Shown here: piece by piece, positions 7,552-15,700 of the stretch
Layout of the letters: the number at the start of each line of letters is the position of its first letter
How positions within the stretch are numbered: position 1 is the first letter of the stretch
Origin: Candidatus Nanoarchaeia archaeon
Lineage (GTDB): Archaea > Nanobdellota > Nanobdellia > Woesearchaeales > JAGLXL01
NCBI GenBank assembly: GCA_035289325.1
Contig: DATDXM010000068.1
Coordinates: 1-33,561, forward strand
Length of the DNA: 33,561 nt
Direction of reading: 5' to 3'
The notes under the pieces: generated by a model
Database searches by the model: none
What the model saw: the letters and a program-made list of their open reading frames with translations, nothing else
Told to the model about the DNA's origin: nothing
Program-made: the position numbers and the translations under genes

Positions 7552-9078
7552 TTATCTCACCCATGCTTCTGCTTCGCGCAGTAATTTGAGATTGTTGTTG
7601 TATAAATCTCGAATATCAGTAATACCATAATAGGAGCTTATAATTCTATCGAGTCCAAGACCCCATGCAAGCACGGGGATGTCCTTCCCAAGCAGAGGGA
7701 TGACAACTTCAGGTCTGAATATGCCTGCGCCACCTAATTCCATCCATTCTTTCTTTATCGGATGAAATACTTCAACTTCACAACTTGGTTCGGTGTATGG
7801 GAAGTGAGCTGGGCGAATGCGCACATCTGTATAACCCATTTTCTTGTAAAAATCACGGAGGTAACCTTTCAGATGCTGAAAATTTGCATTTGGGTCAACA
7901 ACAATTCCTTCGACCTGGAAGAATTCGAAGAGGTGCTTCCAGTCGAGCGCTTCATTGCGGAAGACTTTGCCGACAGCAAAGAACTTTGCCGGCAAATCAG
8001 TTTCTTTCAACGTTGCAAGTGTCTGTGCGCTGAGCACTGTTGTATGTGTACGCAAGAGAAGCTGCTGTGCGTCCTGGGAGCTCCATGAGCCACCCCAGCC
8101 TTTGCTGCCTGTTCCTTGACCATGCTCGTGCACTGCTTTGATTTTTTTTGCAATCGACGGAAGATCGCCTTTGCCTGCAACATAAAATGTGTCCTGCATT
8201 TCGCGAGCAGGATGGTCTTGCGGAACAAATAACGCATCAAGATCCCAGAATGCGGTTTCAATCATGCGGCCAGACATTTCTTTAAATCCAAGCTCCATCC
8301 AAATACGCTTGATATAGTCAACAGCTTGTGTTGCGATATGTTTGCGCCCAAGTGTAAGAGAAGGAACCTTGACTGAGACGTCATATGCACGGAACTGCTT
8401 GCTTTTCCAGCTTCCTTCGGCAAGCATCTGCGAGGTCAAGCGCCCAATGACATCAGCATTACCTAGGCCTTTTTTGAGCAGTGCTTCACCGAGTGAGGTG
8501 AGCTGGATTGCTGCATCTTTATCTTCATGCTCTTCAACAATGTTTCTTTTTATGAACTGATGTACTGTTTGTTTGTCTGCTGTGTCGAGAGAGGCAGAGA
8601 TGAGAGGAAAGTGTTGCGATAAAAAAAGCTCGTCTTCTGTTTTTTTTGCAAGAAGCGCTTTTCCTTGTGAGGTTATTTCAACGACGACGCCATTGTCACT
8701 TTTGTTCATTGAGATTGCTTGTAGCCTGCGGAGGATGCCAAGGCCTGCGCTCAGCTCTTCGTCAGTGAGTTCAGCGGCTTTTTTCAATGAAGGCAAGTCA
8801 ATAGGATGCTTTAATGCACGAATTATTTTGCGCTCAGGCAGTCCCTCGCGGGTGTAGCGTTCGCCGGACGATGTGAGATGTACTGTTCGTGCACTTGTTT
8901 TTTGTGCGGTGATGAGCTTCTTGTTCTCAAGCCACTCCAAAGCACGCATAACCTCGACATCCTTGAGACCAGTTTTTTTTATGATATTAGTGCGAGTAGA
9001 ACAGGATTTTAAGAACGGCAGAACTTTATGCTCATAGGGATGAAGCAGCTTTATTATCTTGTTGAGATCTGCTGACAT
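7552..9078 (-). CDS. pheS: Phenylalanine--tRNA ligase alpha subunit (archaeal type)
   Basis: N-terminal winged-helix repeats precede a class II core (FVPQDHPAREMQDTFY, FRNEALDWKHLFEFFQVEG, GGAGIFRPEV, AWGLGLDR). Confidence 0.95.
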   Translation of the reverse strand: MSADLNKIIKLLHPYEHKVLPFLKSCSTRTNIIKKTGLKDVEVMRALEWLENKKLITAQKTSARTVHLTSSGERYTREGLPERKIIRALKHPIDLPSLKKAAELTDEELSAGLGILRRLQAISMNKSDNGVVVEITSQGKALLAKKTEDELFLSQHFPLISASLDTADKQTVHQFIKRNIVEEHEDKDAAIQLTSLGEALLKKGLGNADVIGRLTSQMLAEGSWKSKQFRAYDVSVKVPSLTLGRKHIATQAVDYIKRIWMELGFKEMSGRMIETAFWDLDALFVPQDHPAREMQDTFYVAGKGDLPSIAKKIKAVHEHGQGTGSKGWGGSWSSQDAQQLLLRTHTTVLSAQTLATLKETDLPAKFFAVGKVFRNEALDWKHLFEFFQVEGIVVDPNANFQHLKGYLRDFYKKMGYTDVRIRPAHFPYTEPSCEVEVFHPIKKEWMELGGAGIFRPEVVIPLLGKDIPVLAWGLGLDRIISSYYGITDIRDLYNNNLKLLREAEAWVR

Positions 9079-9100
9079 AAGACAAAATAAAAAGAAGTAA

Positions 9101-9108
9101 TTTATAAA
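9101..9108 (-). promoter_or_regulatory. TATA box TTTATAAA for the pheS-hyp-pheT operon
   Basis: A palindromic TTTATAAA sits exactly 22 nt upstream of the pheS ATG (9078), just past the TrmB-family gene stop. Confidence 0.6.
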
Positions 9109-9109
9109 T

Positions 9110-9931
9110 CTACTTAGGGAGCTTGCCTGCAGATGGCTTTAAGCTATCCCATGTTAGGTCAAAAAGGTTGTCTAACGCCGATGCAAAGAAAGGCGTGTTT
9201 ACCCAGATACCGACATCATACGTTGGGTGGACATCCTTGTCATCAAGCACGGTAAAAACAAGATTCTTGCTGTCAACAACACAAAAACGAGATTTGACGG
9301 TGTCGATATGCCGCACGTCTGCAATGCCTTTAAGGCTTTTGACCGCTTCTGCTGTTTCTTTTGTCAGTGGAGCTGCGATTCGGATGTCGACACCACGCTT
9401 GCTTGCCTGTTCGAGAGCACTTTTCAAACCTTCAACTTTTCTCACTAAGCCTTGTGGAGTGGTCATCAATGTAATACGCTTCTTTGATTCCCGAATGGCC
9501 TGTTCCATATGATTGTAAAGATTGTGCCGACCACGGATTGCGCCACTTAACTCGGACGGCTCAACGAGCTCAATCCCCTGTGTGTGCAGCAACTCAAGCT
9601 CTTTCAACAGTTCAGTTTGTTTCAATGATTCGAGCCGCGCAATTTTTTCTTCTGCGTCGCTGTGCATATTTTTCTTGACGCGCTCAACAACTTCAGATGG
9701 AGGAACTGCAAGATATTTAATGGGCTTGCCCAACTTCATGACAACATATCCTTTTTTTTCAAGGCTTTCCAGAACGTCGTACGATCGTGAACGCGGAACA
9801 TCAGCAATGTCTGATAATTCACCAGCGGTTGAAACGCCTCGGCTCAGCAATGCCGACCAAAGCTTGACCTCATACAGGTTCAAATCAAAATAACGACGGA
9901 TGTTGCTTAAAAAATCTTCCTTGACAATCAT
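9110..9931 (-). CDS. TrmB family transcriptional regulator
   Basis: The N-terminus LNLYEVKLWSALLSRGVSTAGELSDIADVPRSRSYDVLESLEKKGYV is the typical TrmB wHTH. GGAGGGG (9938-9944, minus strand) lies 6 nt before the ATG, so this gene has a leader with a Shine-Dalgarno sequence. Confidence 0.9.
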   Translation of the reverse strand: MIVKEDFLSNIRRYFDLNLYEVKLWSALLSRGVSTAGELSDIADVPRSRSYDVLESLEKKGYVVMKLGKPIKYLAVPPSEVVERVKKNMHSDAEEKIARLESLKQTELLKELELLHTQGIELVEPSELSGAIRGRHNLYNHMEQAIRESKKRITLMTTPQGLVRKVEGLKSALEQASKRGVDIRIAAPLTKETAEAVKSLKGIADVRHIDTVKSRFCVVDSKNLVFTVLDDKDVHPTYDVGIWVNTPFFASALDNLFDLTWDSLKPSAGKLPK

Positions 9932-10053
9932 TATTAACCCCTCCTTTTGAGCCCATCGGGTTTTGTTACTTGAACAGGAGTAAATACTACTACTATTAAT
10001 ATGTTACGGTACGGGAGAAAAATGCATAGACGTGGTTTTGATTATGTTTTCGA

Positions 10054-11097
10054 CTAAATTTTATATCTCAACAGCGCTGCAATGCCGCCCAAGCCCTGTA
10101 GTTTTTTTCCGGCTTCATGCTCTGTGCTGATGACGTGAATATTGCCGTGCATACTGTCAACGAGCTTCATCAACGAGTGGACTGTGTCAAAGGTCTTGCG
10201 CTGCTGCCGATCTTTGATGAAAAAAGTTGTAATCAAGAGCTCAGCGACTGCACCCGCATCAGCTGCTGATTTTACATGAGTGAAACCATACGTTGCTGCG
10301 CTGTTTTTTCCGATAGCTGCGAGAAGCTTTTCAACAAGCGCAGTTTCAACTGCAACACGATTGTTTTGGAGTGCGGCTTGAGTTTCTGGTCGCTGCAGTA
10401 CTTCCTGCAATGCGTTTTCCTGCACAGAACCACAGGTTGCGATAACAAGTTTCTTTTTTAAGTCAGCTGAAACAAGATCTGCAACTTCATCTTTGTAAAA
10501 AGCAGGGCTTGCAAGAATGATGAACTGCGGATGAAGACGATCATTATATGCCGCAAGCTGTTTTGCAATGTCTGCGTATAATGAACCAGATGAACGCGCA
10601 CGCAGCTCTTTCTTTTGAGGATCGCCTTTTAATGTAATGAGAAGCTCGATGCCCCACTGGCGCGTACGCGCAATAAATGCCTCATCACGATCGAAAATGC
10701 AGATGAGAATTGATTCAGATGCTTTTGTTGCTTCTTTCAGCTGGCTTTTATGATGAGATAACCATGCTTCTTTTGTGATCGTGTATTCTTGATGCTGCTC
10801 GAGCTGAAAGGTATGGTAGCTGCCACGCGGCATGTCATCTGGCCCATCAATAATCTTTCCGCTCACCCGAAGCTCAGCACCTGTGTAATCAACGTGCTCG
10901 ACGACTATTTCGAGTACGGCTGTGCGGGTGACGTGCGTTGTTTTGCTGTCTGCGCTTCCTAATGTTATTTTTCTTGAGGTCTTGCCTCGAATGTGATCGC
11001 CTTCGTCAATGAGCTGTGATAAGTGCCATGCGTCTTCTGGAGAGGTTACAAGAAATGATACAATATTTTTTTTGAAATCTGAAAAGAGGAGCTTCAT
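10054..11097 (-). CDS. pelA: Pelota (Dom34) mRNA surveillance / ribosome rescue factor
   Basis: The 347-aa protein begins PEDAWHLSQLIDEGDHIRGKTSRKI, as Pelota does, and has an eRF1-like central and C-terminal region. Confidence 0.93.
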   Translation of the reverse strand: MKLLFSDFKKNIVSFLVTSPEDAWHLSQLIDEGDHIRGKTSRKITLGSADSKTTHVTRTAVLEIVVEHVDYTGAELRVSGKIIDGPDDMPRGSYHTFQLEQHQEYTITKEAWLSHHKSQLKEATKASESILICIFDRDEAFIARTRQWGIELLITLKGDPQKKELRARSSGSLYADIAKQLAAYNDRLHPQFIILASPAFYKDEVADLVSADLKKKLVIATCGSVQENALQEVLQRPETQAALQNNRVAVETALVEKLLAAIGKNSAATYGFTHVKSAADAGAVAELLITTFFIKDRQQRKTFDTVHSLMKLVDSMHGNIHVISTEHEAGKKLQGLGGIAALLRYKI

Positions 11098-11111
11098 GAG
11101 AGGGCAATATG

Positions 11112-11127
11112 TTTATATACTAATAAA
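11112..11127. promoter_or_regulatory. Divergent A/T promoter block (TTTATATACTAATAAA) between pelota and the 11144 gene
   Basis: TTTATTAG (minus strand) is 22 nt from the pelota ATG. TTTATATA (plus strand) is 24 nt from the ATG at 11144. Confidence 0.45.
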
Positions 11128-11143
11128 TATTTTGCAAATTGGC

Positions 11144-12334
11144 ATGAAATCAAAGAGAGGTCAGGCGGCAGCGGCTGCGGCACTGCTTGCAGTGATTGCC
11201 GGTCTTATTGTTCTGTATATCATATTTCTACAACCTGAGGACAGGGCAGAGTTGCTTGGGGAAGATTTCCGTGTACGCAGCGGCAGCACATCGTTGCGCG
11301 GCTCTGGAAAGAATATTACACTGCTGAATGAAACGCCGGGCAGGATTGACTTCTTAAGCCAGAAAAAGATTGACCATGGTATACCAACAACACACCTATT
11401 CACCCATACACAAGGAGTGGTGATTGAGCAATTGAATTCATTAAGTGTACGCCGCTCTGTTTTTTCGTCGGAAGACGGCAGCATGGAATTTAGCATCAAT
11501 GATTTGGCAAACACCGAGAATGTGCTGCTGAGTTTTGTGGTAACACAGAATAAAGGTCAATTGTTGATTACCGTTAATGATCAAGAGATATTTAACCGCG
11601 AGATAGCAACCGCAAATGTTGCACCAATTTCGATACCGCAGCGTGTACTCAGGCAGGACAATGTTATTGTGTTCCAAGTGAGTTCACCGGGTGCGGCGTT
11701 TTGGAGAACAAACCGCTATGCATTGCAAGATGTCAAAGTGACTGCGGATGTAACGAGAACAGATGCTCGGAGGAGCCGCAGCGTGTTTTTGATTGCAAAT
11801 GCTGAATATAATAATTTTGATCGCGCGTTTTTGAAGTTCCAGCCTGATTGCAACATTAACACTGCAAGCCCGCTGGAGATTTTTATCAATGAATTTAATG
11901 TGTATTCTGCGGTGCCGGATTGCGGCGTGCAACGGCTGCGCTTAGAGTTTCCCACCACTTATTTGAGGCGTGGTGATAATGAGATATCGCTGAGCATTGA
12001 GCGAGGGGATTACACGATTTCACAAATGGGGATTGAAACAGAACTGAAAGAAGTTGACTTTCCAGTCTATTACTTCGATGTGAGTGAAGAACAATTTAGA
12101 GGCATACATAATAATAGCAAGGAAGTCATTGTTCGGCTTGATTTTGTTGATAGCGTTGACAGAAAACAAGGACAGTTGATTGTGAATGGGCATATCAATG
12201 GGTTTGATACCAAAGAGCTTTTTGTTGAAGATGACATTTCCCGAGATATTGAGCGCGGCAATAACGCAATTAAGATTAAACCTGAGAGGACGGTTGATAT
12301 TAGAAAGATGACGGTGAGTGTTGTGGAGACTTAG
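11144..12334 (+). CDS. Exported hypothetical protein with a class III (type IV pilin-like) signal peptide candidate and three tandem beta-domain repeats
   Basis: The start is set at MKSKRGQAAAAAALLAVIAGLIVLYIIF: a basic tip, then RGQ, then a 21-aa hydrophobic segment. Three segments share the pattern L.I.VN...(I/F)... (R/G)(G/D)(D/N)N.I... (LLITVNDQEIF..QDNVIVF; LEIFINEFNVY..RGDNEISL; QLIVNGHINGF..RGNNAIKI). The ORF-track start at 11009 overlaps pelota and is unlikely. Confidence 0.7.
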   Translation: MKSKRGQAAAAAALLAVIAGLIVLYIIFLQPEDRAELLGEDFRVRSGSTSLRGSGKNITLLNETPGRIDFLSQKKIDHGIPTTHLFTHTQGVVIEQLNSLSVRRSVFSSEDGSMEFSINDLANTENVLLSFVVTQNKGQLLITVNDQEIFNREIATANVAPISIPQRVLRQDNVIVFQVSSPGAAFWRTNRYALQDVKVTADVTRTDARRSRSVFLIANAEYNNFDRAFLKFQPDCNINTASPLEIFINEFNVYSAVPDCGVQRLRLEFPTTYLRRGDNEISLSIERGDYTISQMGIETELKEVDFPVYYFDVSEEQFRGIHNNSKEVIVRLDFVDSVDRKQGQLIVNGHINGFDTKELFVEDDISRDIERGNNAIKIKPERTVDIRKMTVSVVET

Positions 12335-12503
12335 TCATTAAATCGAGGATTAGCCAATCTATTTATTTCAGCAAAGCATATCCAATGGACCATGAAGCAC
12401 ATTTCGTTGCGCTCCATAGAGTGGTGTGTAAAAATCAACAGATGATTGGTTTTTAAGTCTGTTTGTTCTGAACCATCTCCTAAACTGACGCCATTGAATT
12501 GTC

Positions 12504-12541
12504 AAAAACACGCTATGGGCTAAAGCCCATAGCGTGTTTTT
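12504..12541. terminator. Perfect 17-bp hairpin flanked by A5/T5 (bidirectional terminator candidate)
   Basis: The sequence is AAAAACACGCTATGGGC-TAAA-GCCCATAGCGTGTTTTT. It lies between the convergent genes ending at 12334 (+) and 12734 (-). Confidence 0.5.
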
Positions 12542-12549
12542 GAGCATGC

Positions 12550-12610
12550 TCAGAAATGAGTTATCTTATCCTCGGGCTGAAGCCCGAAGATTGCGAATGC
12601 TCATTTCTGA
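12550..12610. terminator. Nested inverted repeat (11-bp outer stem enclosing a GC hairpin); terminator or small structured RNA
   Basis: The outer stem is TCAGAAATGAG ... CTCATTTCTGA and the inner hairpin is TCGGGC-TGAA-GCCCGA. The inner hairpin core GGGCTGAAGCCC resembles the neighbouring hairpin's GGGCTAAAGCCC. Confidence 0.35.
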
Positions 12611-12733
12611 CATTTCAATAGCGTTTGTAGCCTTTTGAGCTTTCATATTCTTTTTTATGGCACATAATGCCAACTTGCCTTTTTCCATTCTCGAGAATAT
12701 ACTACCCTCGAGATTTTACTTAAGTCTCGTTCT

Positions 12734-15700
12734 TTAGCCTATCAATCGCGCTATAAATCCTCGTATGAACCATATTATGCTTGAGCCTATATTCTTCATT
12801 TTATCTATGAAAGTTGATTCTTCGACTGCAGTGCACTTCATATCAACACATTTGCCTTCACAATCGTCATCAGTCAAGCATTCTGCCTGCTTGCAGATGT
12901 TTTTATCACAGAGTTTTGATGTGCAATCATTTGCGGTATTACATTGTTTTTCGTTGTCGCATAATGGACAGGAGCCTCCGCAATCAATATCAGATTCATC
13001 CTGATTCTTTATTCCATCGGTACAGGATACTGCTGCGGTGTATTCGCATAATCGTTCCTCTGCAGGTTTTGGCGTTGATTCAATCTTTGCTCCTTTTGGA
13101 CAGGTCTCATCCACTGAACATAATCTTGTTTGCTTTCCTTCAAGGCTGCATTCACTCCACGATAAGCAATCCCATTGTGTTTTACATATTATTTCGGGTA
13201 CGACCTTCTCTTTGCTTCTGATGCCCCCTCCTCCCCCACCACCTCCGCCGCCGCCCCCTGTGCTTGGCTCGCTGACTACTGGCGCCGGAGCTTGGGCAGG
13301 TTCCTCTGCAATCGCAAAATAGCTAAATCCTGGTGTGATTGCTTTGTACTGTATAGCTGATTCTGTTTCGCCCAAGAGTGTTGTGCTCATTTTTTCCCAT
13401 TTTTCTGTTAAGCGATAGAGAGAAATGCGGTTTTTATCTGCATTGTGTTCTGTAAACCATGCATTTGGAATTTCAAAAATGATTATTTTGTCTCCTTGTG
13501 TTTCTAGTGACGTTGTAATCTCCACGATGCTGTGTGTCTTTCCCAGCTCTGCAACTTGGGGAGCTTCTTGCAGTGGTATTACTTTTAGATGAACATTGCC
13601 TATTGTTTCAGCAGTCAATTCTATCTGCTTTATTGGAACGTTTTTATTCGTCACTTCGATAATTTTCTTATTTTCTACAACCGCGACAAATTCTGTTGGA
13701 GCACACGCTTCTTCGCTTCCAGAACAATCCTGATCAATTCCATCGCAGGTTGTATCCGGGGCACTTGGATTAACCGCAGCGCTGTTGTCGTTGCAGTCGT
13801 TTACTTTTGCAGCATATCCCTGAGGCGCTGTGCATGCGCTTGTGCTTTCTGCACTCAAACCAAAGCCATCATTGTCCTTATCAATAAAGAAGCTTAATTT
13901 CACGTTTTCATCAATTTGTGCATCACAATTGTTGTCTGCATTATCGCAGACTTCTGCTGACGATGGATTTATATTAGCATTGTCATCATCGCAATCATTT
14001 GCCACTGTAACATATTCTTGTGGCACTATGCATGCCTCTATCTTTTCTGTTTCACTACCGAAACCGTCGCCATCCTTGTCACTAAAAAATGTTGATAAAA
14101 CACCTTCATCCGTCTGCGCGTTGCAATTGTTATCGCTGTTATCACATATTTCTATTGATGCTGGATTTATTGCTGCACTGTTATCATTACAATCGCCGGC
14201 GCGCGCTGCATATCCGTCGAGTATTGAACAGGCTTCTTCTGTGTCCATAAGCAAGCCATATGTATCTTTATCTTGGTCACGATAAATTGTTACCTGCACA
14301 TTTTCGTCTATTTGTGCATTACAATTATTATCAATAGAGTCGCATCTTTCAGCTGCATTTGGATTTACGGCTGCGTTATTATCGTTGCAATCTATCACAC
14401 CGCATAATCCTCCTTCCAATTTTGAGCCATCGTTATCTGCGTCTGTGCCAAGTGCATCTGCTCCTGAACAGTCTTGGTCGATGTTGTCGCAGAGCAATTC
14501 TGTTGCAGATGGATTTATAGCTGGATTGTTGTCGTCGCAGTCATTTGAATTGATGACAAAACCAACGGGAGCTGTGCAGGATTTTATACTGCTTCCCGCA
14601 CCGAATCCGTCTTTATCGTTGTCTTGGAAGAAGTCGAGCTTATTGAATCCTTCGTCAACCTGCCCATCGCAATCATTGTCTATACCGTCGCAAATTTCTG
14701 CTATATTTGGATTAGCTTGTGCGCTATTGTCATCACAGTCTGCAAGCGCAGGAGAACATAATATTATTCCTCCTATAAAACCATCATTATCTTTATCTTC
14801 GTATGGACACATGCCCGTAAGTTGCGGATCATGCATGAATTGCGACCAGCCTATCTTGCCTGCTGGAATTTCCCATACAAAAATTGATCCTCGCTGTTTT
14901 GATTCAAAATTTATAGAGTCAAGGGCGAGTGGTGACGTTCCTATAAGTTCGAATGTTCCATCTCCCTCCAGATCATCAATCTTGAAACCATGAATCATTG
15001 GGTCCCCATTACCATAAGCACCCTCTTGGAGAACTATCGACTCTCCAGAACTCGAAAGAAATGCCATATATTGCTTGTCAAATACGGTATATGGGACAAT
15101 TAAATCCAGAGCGTCATCATTGTTTACATCCGATGAAAGTATATTTGAAACCTTGCCTCCTCCAAAACCTAAATCTCTTGGCCATCCGGGAAGCACGTTT
15201 GCATTTGCATCTCTTAATTCAAGCTGCCCAAACTGAGCTATTGCTAGTTCATTAAATCCATCGTCATTTGAGTCAACAATTGCAATGCTATATATACCGG
15301 TTTTCTGTATAGGCCAACCAGGTAACGTTTGTCCGTTCTTGTCGAGAACAGTTATGTAGTCTAGATCATGCCATATAACTTCGGGAATTCCGTCTTTTGT
15401 CATGTCTGCAACTAAAACTTGTGTTGTGCTTCCTGTTGCTGGCGTAGGCCAACCTGAGACAACAGACCCATCAGTGTTCAGAACATAGATACGACCAGTA
15501 AATCCGAAGGTCTCCATGATTGGTGTTACTATCTCTAATTCAGGATCATCGTCAAAATTACCGAACGCGGGGTTTGTTTGGAATTCTTTTTGGCCAATGG
15601 CACGAGATTTGCTCCCCCGCCTAAGAACGTTAAACGTTTGCCTATTCGGATAGTCTGTGTTCGGTAAACTCCACTTTTTTAAAATGGCACCTTTTTTATC

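Noticed and set aside
7129-7584. 151-aa plus-strand ORF rich in Ser/Ala/Thr
   Set aside because: It is antisense to the E/A/T/V low-complexity linker of the 6759-7550 gene and to the pheS 3' end. This is the same compositional artefact.
12566-12646. 26-codon minus-strand ORF (MKAQKATNAIEMSEMSIRNLRASARG) followed by the strong hairpin
   Set aside because: It is very short with no promoter or SD. Half of it is formed by the inverted-repeat arms themselves, so the open frame is most likely incidental to the RNA/DNA structure.
13223-13258. Gly12 tract considered as a slippage-prone contingency (phase-variation) repeat
   Set aside because: The tract uses mixed GGG/GGC/GGA/GGT codons. The longest homopolymer run is only about 5 nt and there is no perfect trinucleotide repeat, so it looks like a flexible linker rather than a switch.
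13830-14993. Long plus-strand ORFs (151 aa at 13830-14285, 202 aa at 14385-14993) rich in Ser/Leu/Pro
   Set aside because: They are antisense to the Asp/Asn/Cys-repeat region of the giant gene. GAT/AAT/TGT/GAC codons have no stop codons in their complements, so long antisense frames arise automatically. The products are low-complexity, and the minus-strand frame has clear domain motifs.
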